This document shows positions 50,351 through 61,109 of a stretch of 64,000 nt of DNA, in pieces. Position 1 is the stretch's first letter; every line of letters begins with the position of its first letter. Source of the DNA: Chiloscyllium plagiosum (taxonomy: Eukaryota); contig NC_057718.1 in assembly GCF_004010195.1 (NCBI RefSeq), forward strand, positions 62,030,981 to 62,094,980, written 5' to 3'. The notes below the pieces were generated by a model. That model had not been told where the DNA came from. It made no database searches and saw nothing but the letters and a program-made list of their open reading frames with translations. The position numbers and the translations under genes were made by a program.

Positions 50351-50929
50351 GAAGAATGCTTCAGAGAACATCTCCGGGACACATGGATGAAGCAATCCCA
50401 CCGCCCCGTGGCTGAACACTTTAACTCCTCTTTCGACTCTGCCAAGGACATGCAGGTGCTAGACTTCCTCCATCGCCAAACCCTAACCACCCGACACCTG
50501 GAGGAAGAACGCCTCATCTTCCACCTTGGGACCCTCCAACTACATGGGATTAATGTGGATTTTGCCAGTTTCCTCATTTCCCCTCCCCCCACCTTATCCC
50601 AGATCCAACCTTCTAACTTGGCATCACACTCATGACCTGGCTAATCTGTCCATCATCCTTCCCACCTATCCGCTCTACACTCCTCTTCAACTTATCACCA
50701 TTACCTCCACCTTCATCTACCTATCGCACTCTGAGCTATCTTCCCCCCATTTCCACCACCCTCTCATTTATCTCTCTACACCCTTGGCTCCCTTACCTCA
50801 TTCCTGATGAAAGGCTTATGCCTGAAACGTTGATTGTCCTGCTCCTCAAATGCTGCCTGACCTGCAATGCTTTTCCAGCACCACACTCTCAACTCTGATC
50901 TCCAGCATCTGCAGTCCTGACTTTCTCCG
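50351..50929 (+). mobile_element. 5'-truncated PLE with a 16-bp TSD
   Basis: FREHLRDT...PVAEHFNS...LIFHLGTLQLHGIN. TSD acctgtggtca(t/a)actt at 50335-50350 and 50930-50945. Confidence 0.9.
50800..50835 (+). ncRNA. Hammerhead motif with a compensatory stem II change
   Basis: CUGAUGA-a-AGGC-uuau-GCCU-GAAA-CG-UU-ga. Confidence 0.7.
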
Positions 50930-51038
50930 ACCTGTGGTCAAACTTCACGGTAAGAGTGTGGAATCTCTTTCAGTACAGCTACATGGCAGTATTTTCAAAA
51001 GTTTAGATCAGAGTGGTGCTGGACTTCAGAGTTGCGAA

Positions 51039-51171
51039 TGTGTTGCTGGAAAAGCACAGCAGGTCAGGCAGCATCCAACGAGCAGGAGAATCAAGCCTCA
51101 TTCCTGATGAAAATGTCAATGTTCCTGCTCCTCGGATGCTGCCTGACCTGCTGTGCTTTTCCAGTAACATA
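51039..51171. mobile_element. Miniature fold-back PLE-tail element (about 50-bp arms)
   Basis: TGTTGCTGGAAAAGCACAGCAGGTCAGGCAGCATCC and its reverse complement enclose CCTGATGAAAATGTC. Confidence 0.8.
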
Positions 51172-52593
51172 CTTATTCCAGAGGGAGCTCAGTGTCTTAT
51201 TTGGGATGGCGACCCAATTAAACACAAAGTAGCCATGTTCCATTAGGTTCTGAATAGGCTCAACCAGGGGATATTAAAGGAACACTTACTTGATCCCACA
51301 TAAGTGCCTTCCGGCCTTCCTTACCCGCCTGAAACAAATGTTGTTGTCCATAGTGTTACTGAGGACGATAAAGGAGGGAGGCCTACGTGACCTGTTAAAG
51401 TTAGGTTGGTACCAATCCCTGAATAAGGACATGTTATACCCTGCAGACTGCCATTCCCATGCACCCTCGGTGTTGCCAAGTTCACCAGAAACGCTCCGGC
51501 ACAGTAGCCATTCAGCCACCTCATGCCAGTGGAAAGGTATGGGCCACAAAGTAATACCCTCCCCACACCCCAAGTACGTGGGCACATACCCAGCAGTGAC
51601 TATCTCTCTGACACGGGCTGTCTGGTAGTAGGCCAGGTACAAAGAAGTGTTATACATCAGAGTGGTCAGTTTGAAACCCATCCATCCCAGAGATCATTTC
51701 CACCAAATTCACAAATATGGAATACATTTTCTTCTCTAATGGATATCAGTTCCTGTACTGACTCTCTTGCAGTCGGTTCTGTGGATCCACTGGAGTTGGC
51801 CTTGCACCTTCACTGCCAGGGGGGTAGTTAGCAGCACTTGAAATGGTCCTTTCCACCTGGGTCCCAGGTTTCAGTCCCAGTTCTTTATCAGGACGAAATC
51901 CCCAGGCTCGGCAGCAGAGTAATCCCCTTCAGGCGGGTCGTTGCTCCCTTGGTAGGCTTGATGGACCAGCGAATGCAAACTTTGAAGAGTTTTGGTCAAT
52001 TTCTGCAGGTATTTCCCCACCTCCTCCCCCAGTGTGTTCATGTCTAACCCCTCAGGGAGGGGAGGTCAAATTACTCCTGGTCGCCATGAGGTCCTCACAG
52101 GCTTCCCATGCAAAACCTCAACAGGAGACAGCCCAGTTTTACCTGCGGGAGTGGCCCTCATATGGAACAGGGGCCAAGGTGGGATCCTGGCTTAGCTTGG
52201 CCAATTTATTCGTCAGGGTGCCATTTGCTTGCTCCACCACCCCAGCTGCCTTTGGATGATGGGTGCAATGGAATTGCTGCTTTATGGCCAGAGCCTTGCA
52301 GACCTCTTTATTAATGTTAGCCACAAAGTGTGGCCCGTTATCAGAACTTATTATCTCAGCGAGTGTATAGCGGCTATTATTTCCCTCAATAATATTTTCA
52401 CTACTGTTGTAGCCGCGTTGTTTATCATCGGGATTGCCCCAATCCACCTGCTGAAGACATCTGTTATCACCAAACACTATTTGTAGTATTGTAACTTAGG
52501 TAGCTCTATGAAATCTAATTGTAAACAATTTAAAGGCAAGGGGGTAGTTCCAGATCTGCAAGGCATCCCCTTTCCAGCATTAGCTTTCTTACA

Positions 52594-54439
52594 GGTTTTG
52601 AAAAAGAAACAGTGCAAGAAAGCAGACGATGACATATCCCTCCCAGATTGTCTCAATGCCTTCTATGCTCACTTTGAACAGAATTTCGGCAGAGAGGTAA
52701 CACCTATTCTGAGAAGTCATGATGAACCTATCCCAACAGTCACTGCATCAGAGGTCAGATCAGTTTTCCTTCGTGTGAATCCAAGAAAAGCGATGGGACC
52801 AGAAGAAGTACCAGGCCGTGCACTCACAGCATGGGCAGATCAACTGGCACAAGTCTTTTCAGACATCTTCAACCTCTCTCTGCAGCAGGCCACTGTCCCT
52901 GCCTGTTTCAAGAGGGCCAACATCATCCCTGTGCCTAAGAAGGCTCATGCAGCATGTCTCAATGACTACCGCCCAGTGGCCCTAACTTTGGTGGTCATGA
53001 AGTGCTTTGGAAGTAGGATTCTTGCGTAGCTGTTCTTGGTGTCAATTTGTTCTAGAGAGGAGTGAAGGGCAAGTGGTATGGCATCTGACGTGGATCTGTT
53101 GGTCCGATAGGCCAACTGGAGTGGGTCAAGAGTAGTGGGAAGGCTGGGGTTGAAAGGCTGGTCATGGCATTAATCAACTCCATCCTTCCCACTACTCTTG
53201 ACCCACTCCAGTGGGCCTATCGGACCAACAGATCCACATCGGATGCCATACCACTTGGCCTTCACTCCTCCCTAGAACAAATTGACACCAAGAACAGCTA
53301 CGCAAGAATCCTACTCATTGACGACAGTTCAGCCTTCAATACTATTACCCCCTCAAGACTGATTACTAAACTTAGTGACCTCGGACTAAGCCCCACTCTC
53401 TGCAACTGGATCCTCAGTTTCCTGACCCACAGGCCACAATCAGTGAAGATTGGGGACAGTATTTCATCCTCACTAACACTCAACACTGGGGACCCCAGGG
53501 ATGCTTACTCAGCCCCCTACTGTACTCACTGTATACCCATGACTGCGTTGCCAAATACCAGACAAATGCCATTTACAACTTCGCTGATGACACCACCATA
53601 GTCGATCAAATCTCAGATGGCGACAAAACAGACTACATACGGGAGGTGGAAAACCTGAAAAATGGTGCACCGAGAACAACCTAGCTCTCAATGCCAGCAA
53701 AACCAAAGAAATCATTATTGACTTTTGGTGAGATGTTAGTTATGCCCCCCTACATATTAACAGCACAGAGGTGGATCAAGTGGAGAGTATCAAGCTCCTT
53801 GGAATGGCTATCCACAACAAGCTTTCTTTGCCTCTTCATGTGGACGCACTGGTTACAAAGGCCCAACGTCTCTTCTTCCTCATGTGTATGAGGAAATTTG
53901 GCATGATGGAAAATACCCTTGCAAACTTTTATAGGTGTGCCATCGAGAGCATTCTGTCTGGATGTATCACTACCAGGTATGGCAACTGTACATTCAAGAT
54001 TGGAGACGGTGACAGGGAGTGGTGAACTCAGCCCAGACAATCACAAAGGCCAACCTCCCATCTGCCAGGAAAGGCTGCAACTGGATCCTCAGTTTCCTGA
54101 CCCACAGGCCACACTGTAAAGGAAAGGCTGCCAGCAATCTTAAAGATTCATCCCACCCTGGCAATGTTTTTCTACAACCTCTACCATCGGGGAGAAGGTA
54201 CAGAAGCTGAACACACACACCAGCTGGTTTTGAAACAGTTTCTACCCTTACTGTTGTTAGAATACTGAATGGATTCTCAAACTCTTAACTTTCGCCTGTA
54301 CCTGTATTTTTGCTTTTGCCGCTGTTTACCTATTATTTACTGTCTATGCTACTTAACTGTGTAATCTGTCTGTATTGCTTGCAAGATAAAGCTTTTCACT
54401 GTGTTTCGATACACATAACAATAAATTCAATTCAATTCA
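52594..54439 (+). mobile_element. 5'-truncated Rex1/Babar non-LTR retrotransposon inserted in the ERV integrase
   Basis: [53 protein letters not shown] and NFADDTT. Tail AATAAATTCAATTCAATTCA. Confidence 0.9.
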
Positions 54440-56852
54440 AACTAAGCATGATTTTGCCAATTTCTCGCTGTTTTCTGGAAATCAGGGTGCCACCAGGTCT
54501 TTTGCAAAATATTCACTACTCCCTCCTTGCCTGTGTGTACAGTTATGTACATAGTCTTCCAGGATTGGTAAAAGCAAGGAAGGAACACAGACCTGTCCCA
54601 CAAGGGTCATCCACAGATTGGCATGGTCATTAAGGGAGCACCCCATCTATGACTACAGTCTGTGCTCCTCCGCAGGAGCGTCTCCCTGTAAGTCACATAT
54701 CTCACCCAGATCTGCCATACCCATCCGCATGTTTTGTAACTAGGTGTTGCTGTGAACCTGATGTGACCAGGAAAGTGGGGTGTAAGGCTGCCTGCTTGGC
54801 GGCGGTGTCTACCTGCGCGCTGCCCTTGAAGACCCTGTCAGTTGCTCAAATGTGAGCTGAACATTTGATTACCACTAGGTTGGACTGTCGCTGCAAAGCC
54901 TGCAAGAGATTATATTCAAATACAGCATTACTGATGGGTTGTCCCGTGGAAGTTAAAAATCCCCTATGCTCCCATAAAGTGCCATAATCATGAGCGACCC
55001 TGAATGCAATACAGGAGTCTGTTTAAATATTGGCTGATTTCCCGTCTGCAAAAATGCAAACTCGAGTCAGGGCAAACAGCTCAGCCTTCTATGCTGACAG
55101 GGGTATCTCAAATTCCGCACGGCCAACTACCTCGGAATCCATGCCAAACACATATCTAGAACGCCGCTGACCTGCGGGTGAAACAAAGGAGCTGATACCA
55201 ACATAGAAGGTCAAGTTTGCGTTGTCAAGTGGCTGGTATGTTAGGTCACTGTGGGCAGAGATAAAAAGGTGGTTCTGTAACAGGCAGGCGTGGTCAGGAG
55301 GAGAGGTGCTGCAGGGGCTCAGTTAAAAATGTAGCAGGTTTCCAGGTGGTGCAATGGGAGAAGGTCAGTAGTGGTTTGTTTAGTTAGGACTGCCTCGTAT
55401 TTGTTTTAGCGTGCCTGTGTCAGATGTTGAGTCGGCTGGGAGGTAAGGAGGTCGACTATCGAATGAGGGGTTAAAACAATCACAGGCTGATGTAAGGTTA
55501 TATTTGAGGCTGCCTGCACGAGGACACGTATAGCAGGAAGTACCTGTAAGCACGGTGGGAGGCCAGTGGCCACTGGATTCAGTCTTGTTGAGTAGTGTGC
55601 CACCAGTCGCTTCCTGTCACTATGCGTTTGGGGAAGGATGGCAGTGGCACATCCACCTTTGATGGTGACATACAGCTGGAATGGTCAGCTGTATAGGGGT
55701 CAACCGAGGGCCAGTGCTAGCAGAAGGCTGTTTCTTAGCTCCGAAAACACTGTCAGCTGCTCTGCTGCAAATGTAAAGGTGGGAGGAGCATTGGTGGATG
55801 CCAGTGGGGTTTGTAGGTGAGTATACAGGGCAATGTCCAGTACCCATTGCCTGCAAACATTCAGAGGCCTGAGGAAAGCCCACATTTGGCTGCACAGTGG
55901 CTCAGCGGTTAGCACTGCAGCCTCTAACAGCGTCAGTATGCCAGACCTGAGCTCAGGATCCCAAGAAGTACTGAGATGCTCTGCAGCATGCTGATGTTTT
56001 GACCCTTCCTGTTTATCATTGAGCACTTACGCTTCCTGTTCCCGCTGCCTTTTTTGTCTCCCATCTACCCACTCACATTCTGCCTTCAACGCCTCCCAAG
56101 TCGTGGGAGTGCCCTCCTTTGTCAATACCTCTACTCCCCTGTCACAAGCATTATTTCTCCAGCTGGCTAGTAAGGTGTCGTGCCATTTACTATCAACCCG
56201 CACCGTCCATCCCTTTATAAGGGACTTCCAACTCTTCCCACAATTTTTACTCCATATCAGGTTCATCACCTGCTCGCAGGAGTCCACATCCCATGTCCCA
56301 CCCGGGGTCAGATGCTATCCCCTAATCATTTGTGTAGTGCTGCACTTAATGCTCATAAAGCATGTTCCTGATCAGGCAGTCTCTCGCACATGCTCTGAAA
56401 AGGTGGGGGGGGGGGCCTTCCCAGCCATATCCAGCAATTGTCCCATGGTATCTTCATGCTCGAACAAATTTCCACGGGCCATATTAGGTCTGCGGGGTGA
56501 GAAATTTCAGTGAGCCCAACCTTTTGCCTTTCCCTGCTTTAATTTCCACCGGCCATATTGGTAAGAGGCAACTCCCGTTTCCGACTCCATCAGGTAGCGG
56601 CAACCCTGACCGGGATTCCCAGTCCCGACCTTTTCCTCAGGAATAATAGAGTAGCCAATGTCAGCCTGCAGCAATTTAGAGCAATGGGACAAGCTATTCC
56701 AACCTTACATGCTGAGTCCGGGTGGTCCATTCAGCCTCTTCAAGGTACCAGTTCCATCAGGCGAGGGGCAGACTGTCGGGCTGAACATAAGGAGTGGATC
56801 AATGGTGCTGGAAGAGCACAGCAATTCAGGCAGCATCGAGGAGCTTCAGCAA

Positions 56853-56888
56853 AATCGACGTTTCGGGCAAAAGCCCTTCATCAGGAAT
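56853..56888 (-). ncRNA. Minimal hammerhead ribozyme motif (intact core)
   Basis: uc-CUGAUGA-a-GGGC-uuuu-GCCC-GAAA-CG-UC-ga. Confidence 0.8.
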
Positions 56889-57047
56889 AAAGGCAGAGAG
56901 CCTGAAGCGTGGAGAGATAAGCTAGGGGAGGGTGGGGCTGGGGAGAGATTATCATAGAGTACAATGGGTGAGTGGGGGAGGAGATGAAGGTGATAGGTCA
57001 GGGAGGAGAGGGTGGAGTGGATAGGTGGAAAAGGAGCTAGGCAGGTC

Positions 57048-57749
57048 NNNNNNNNNNNNNNNNNNNNNNNNNNNNNNNNNNNNNNNNNNNNNNNNNNNNN
57101 NNNNNNNNNNNNNNNNNNNNNNNNNNNNNNNNNNNNNNNNNNNNNNNNNNNNNNNNNNNNNNNNNNNNNNNNNNNNNNNNNNNNNNNNNNNNNNNNNNNN
57201 NNNNNNNNNNNNNNNNNNNNNNNNNNNNNNNNNNNNNNNNNNNNNNNNNNNNNNNNNNNNNNNNNNNNNNNNNNNNNNNNNNNNNNNNNNNNNNNNNNNN
57301 NNNNNNNNNNNNNNNNNNNNNNNNNNNNNNNNNNNNNNNNNNNNNNNNNNNNNNNNNNNNNNNNNNNNNNNNNNNNNNNNNNNNNNNNNNNNNNNNNNNN
57401 NNNNNNNNNNNNNNNNNNNNNNNNNNNNNNNNNNNNNNNNNNNNNNNNNNNNNNNNNNNNNNNNNNNNNNNNNNNNNNNNNNNNNNNNNNNNNNNNNNNN
57501 NNNNNNNNNNNNNNNNNNNNNNNNNNNNNNNNNNNNNNNNNNNNNNNNNNNNNNNNNNNNNNNNNNNNNNNNNNNNNNNNNNNNNNNNNNNNNNNNNNNN
57601 NNNNNNNNNNNNNNNNNNNNNNNNNNNNNNNNNNNNNNNNNNNNNNNNNNNNNNNNNNNNNNNNNNNNNNNNNNNNNNNNNNNNNNNNNNNNNNNNNNNN
57701 NNNNNNNNNNNNNNNNNNNNNNNNNNNNNNNNNNNNNNNNNNNNNNNNN
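57048..57749. other. Assembly gap
   Basis: Run of N. Confidence 1.
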
Positions 57750-57913
57750 TTGTCCGACCTGCCTAGCTCCTTTTCCACCTATCCACTCCACCCTCTCCTC
57801 CCTGACCTATCACCTTCATCTCCTCCCCACTCACCCATTGTACTCTATGCTACTCTCTCCCCACCCCCACCCTCCCCTAGCTTATCTCTCCACGCTTCAG
57901 GCTCTCTGCCTTT

Positions 57914-57950
57914 ATTCCTGATGAAGGGCTTTTGCCCGAAACGTCGATTT
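57914..57950 (+). ncRNA. Minimal hammerhead ribozyme motif (intact core)
   Basis: Identical to the motif at 56853-56888 on the opposite strand. Confidence 0.8.
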
Positions 57951-58162
57951 TGCTGAAGCTCCTCGATGCTGCCTGAATTGCTGTGCTCTTCCAGCACCAT
58001 TGATCCAGAATCTGGTTTCCAGCATCTGCAGTCATTGTTTTTACCTTGAACATAAGGAGTGGCCTAGGGTAAAATACCCCGGGGCGCCCTGACCACTCTG
58101 TTCTGCCCGATGCAAACTTTTGAGCTGCTTACTCAGCCCAGTGTGATGTTCCCTATATTGAG

Positions 58163-58180
58163 GGATGAGTCACAGCACCA
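58163..58180 (-). promoter_or_regulatory. Retroviral primer-binding site, tRNA-His type
   Basis: Minus strand reads LTR end ...TTTAACA, then TT, then TGGTGCTGTGACTC. This matches 13 of the first 14 nt of the His PBS TGGTGCCGTGACTCGGAT. Confidence 0.75.
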
Positions 58181-58182
58181 AA

Positions 58183-58540
58183 TGTTAAAGTAAATTTCAG
58201 ACGACATCAGTTTCAGATCCTGGACACTTTATTTCTAAAAACCGCAGGAGAGATCCAGAGTGCCACCAAAGGAATCTGGCAGCCTTCTCGTGGAGGCACT
58301 CCCCGATGAATCGCTGAACATTACAAGTAAATCGCATTTTTTAATATTTATTTGAGTATTATTGATACAAAGGATTCAGACATCACAGGGCGGAATACAA
58401 ATCTCTAACAATACGTGTTTTTCACTCTCACAATAGCTGGAGATCGCTGCATTCCTGTGATAATATTAAACCATTCACAGAAACTTGTGATTGTACTGTT
58501 CTTAACCTCATGCTAATTGATAACAAGGTAGATAATAGGT
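58183..58540 (-). mobile_element. ERV 5' LTR (distal end uncertain)
   Basis: Ends in CA next to the PBS. Minus-strand AATAAA at about 58226-58231. Confidence 0.6.
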
Positions 58541-58549
58541 TTTAGTATC

Positions 58550-59495
58550 AGTAGTGTGGTGAGGAACAGACAAAGGCAACACATGGTCTGTGCAGGAGAG
58601 AGGGAGAAAGAAAGCCCCACTGCTAACTGACACAGCAGTGAGCCTGCGCAGTTACTGCCCTTGCTATTTGAATTGATGTATTGCTGGACATTGGAATGCA
58701 TCCGGGAAAATTAATAAACAGTGAAATTCACAACTGATCTTGGAGGAACCTGTTCGGGAGAGGTCACAGCACAGAAACAGGTAAGTGAATAATTTTAGGT
58801 GTGGCCTTGCTGTAAGTCTGCAGTAGTGAACAGAGTGGGCTCTTTCTTGATTATGTATTTTATTGAGCTATGCCTCTTAATTAAATTTAAAAATTTAAGC
58901 CATAAGTATTAAGTTAGCCTGGAGCAGTTTTTTTAAAAGAATAAGGCGGTGCTATTTTCTGGTTCTAAAGATTGGAAGAAGCAAAAATGGCCCTTAGTTG
59001 CATGACATGCTCTTCTTGTCAAATGTGGGAGTTTAGGGAGAGGTTATGTGTTAGTGAAGATTATATCTGCAATAAATGCCGTTGGTTGCAAATCCTATCA
59101 GATTGAATGGATCGGTTGGAGAGACCGTTAGAGGCAATGAGGAATTTACATGAGCAAGGGGGTGTGATGATGGCAGTTATAGGAAGGGAGAAAAGTCGCA
59201 GATATAGTCACATAGATGGGTTAACTCCAGGAAAGGTAAGAGAGGTAGGCAGGAGTCTTCTGTGCCTATCCCCATTTCAAACAAGTATGCTGTTATGGAA
59301 AATTAGGGGTGATGGATTCTCAGGGGAATGTAGCATGAACAGCCAAGTTTCTGGCATTGAGACTGGCTCTAACGCAGTGAGGGTACGTTGGGTTCCATAG
59401 AACGATTATGTCAGGGGACTCTCTAGTCCGAGACACTGACAGACGTTTCTGTGGACAGCAGTGAAAAATCAGAATGGTTTGTTACCTCCATGGTG
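58550..59495 (+). mobile_element. CR1 5' UTR and ORF1 fragment
   Basis: CSSCQMWEF...YICNKC zinc finger and GDSLVRDTDRRFCG esterase remnant. Confidence 0.8.
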
Positions 59496-59509
59496 AACAC
59501 CAATATAAA

Positions 59510-60478
59510 CTACTGATTCAGGATAGTCAACATGGCTTTGTGTGTGGGAAATCATGTCTCACAAACTTGACTGAGTTTTTTGAAGAAGTAACAAAGAAGA
59601 TTGATGCAGTAGATGTGATCTATATGGATTTCAGTAAGGCGTTCAACAAGGTTCCCCATGGGAGACTGATTAGCAAGGTTAGGTCTCATGGAATACAGGG
59701 AGAACTAACCATTTGGATACAGAACTGGCTCAAAGGTAGAAGACAGAGGGTGGTGGTGGAGGGTTGTTTTTCGGACTGGAGGCCTGTGACCAGTGGAGTG
59801 CCACAAGGATCAGTGCTGGGCCCTCTACTTTTTGTCATTTACATAAATGATTTGGATGTGAGCATAAGAGGTACAGTTAGTAAGTTTGCAGATGACACCA
59901 AAATTAGAGGTGTAGTGGACAGCGNNNNNNNNNNNNNNNNNNNNNNNNNNNNNNNNNNNNNNNNNNNNNNNNNNNNNNNNNNNNNNNNNNNNNNNNNNNN
60001 NNNNNNNNNNNNNNNNNNNNNNNNNNNNNNNNNNNNNNNNNNNNNNNNNNNNNNNNNNNNNNNNNNNNNNNNNNNNNNNNNNNNNNNNNNNNNNNNNNNN
60101 NNNNNNNNNNNNNNNNNNNNNNNNNNNNNNNNNNNNNNNNNNNNNNNNNNNNNNAAAGTCTTTTCCCTGGGGTCGGGGAGTCCAGAACTGGAGGGCATAG
60201 ATTTAGGGTGAGAGGACAAAGATATAAAAGAGACCTAAGGGGCAATCTTTTCACGCAGAGGGTGGTACATGTATGGAATGAGCTACCAGAGGATGTGGTG
60301 GAGGCTGGTACAATTGCAACATTTAAGAGGCATTTGGATGGGTATATGAATAGGAAGGGTTTGGAGGAATATGGGAGGGGTGCTGGCAGGTGGGACAAGA
60401 TCGGGTTGGGATATCTGGTCGGCGTGGCCGGGTTGGACCGAAGGGTCTGTTTCCATGCTGTACATCTCTATGACTCTA
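59510..60478 (+). mobile_element. CR1 RT and 3' end spanning a gap
   Basis: SQHGF...YMDFSKAF...[10 protein letters not shown]...KFADDTK, then the tail. Confidence 0.95.
59925..60154. other. Assembly gap
   Basis: Run of N. Confidence 1.
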
Positions 60479-61048
60479 CTCATTTTGTACCTCAGCAGGG
60501 CCACTGCCTGCACCAATAGATCTTAATTCTCGTCAGGAGCTGGCTTTTCTGACATCCCTCTCATTGTTTTGATATTTTCAGAAGACATTTGGATCCCCTT
60601 TCATCTTGGACTCCAAGCTATTCTCATACTGTTCCCCCCTTATTTCTTTTTCCACTTCTCTATATATTTTATATTCAACTTGATTCTCCCATACAGTCAA
60701 GTTGACATTTATCATGCACCCCTTCATATGCTTCCACCTTTTTCTAAAAATATCACCACCCCAAGCAAATGATCAACCTAATTTTTTTTTTACCAAAACA
60801 AAGAGATCATTAAACACACAAAAATAATTAGATATACACTCACTGATCTAGATATGCATCTTCATTCCACAGGTTCAAATCTTCTGAGTTGGGCATGAGA
60901 AAATACCTTTCTTCTGTTTCAACAAATTCCTACATTGACCAAATTCCCAGCCTCCATTCTGCTGGTGATGCACGTGGGTTTGTCTCCAAGCCTTTGTGCT
61001 GTGCTTGCTGACACTTCATTTATAAAATGCCCGAGCTGGACAACTCAC

Positions 61049-61109
61049 CATGTGGGGAACTGTGGAATCAAACTATGCCCTACAATTGTTTCTAGTACCA
61101 ACATTCTGC
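61049..61109 (-). CDS. Putative internal exon, 61 nt, phase 1/2 (RMLVLETIVGHSLIPQFPT-W)
   Basis: Acceptor tttattttatgttgaag and strong donor ATG|gtgagt, in unique sequence. Phase is compatible with the 21840-21900 exon, though other exons may lie between them. Confidence 0.5.

Larger units (their letters stand above)
56798..58046. mobile_element. Young PLE with inverted arms, inserted in the ERV leader/gag
   Basis: Arms 56795-57047 and 57752-58007 differ at about 4 positions. There is a 39-nt unpaired tail and a perfect TSD tgaacataaggagtgg at 56782-56797 and 58047-58062. Confidence 0.92.
51175..58540 (-). mobile_element. Defective class I (epsilon-like) endogenous retrovirus: 5' LTR, PBS, gag, pol with most of pro/RT deleted, partial env; no 3' LTR seen
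   Basis: gag-like region 56000-56750; RT connection HYSTRLNPVATGLPPCL; RNase H; integrase HNCTH...CLVC, LQLDFIEL, ISSDNGPHF, GVVEQANGTL and WKGPFQVLLTT; env CWVC at 51584-51595. Confidence 0.85.

Noticed and set aside
50200..51035. ERV env TM region or 3' LTR
   Set aside because: No match to the 5' LTR and no immunosuppressive-domain/CX6CC motif. It looks like an old plus-strand LINE remnant interrupted by a PLE.
51286..51681. Domesticated (syncytin-like) env gene
   Set aside because: The CWVC motif is out of frame with the flanking ORF and the TM subunit is absent.
60907..60929. Possible 23-nt minus-strand microexon (GAATTTGTTGAAACAGAAGAAAG|gtattt)
   Set aside because: No polypyrimidine tract, and no downstream partner exon of matching phase was found.
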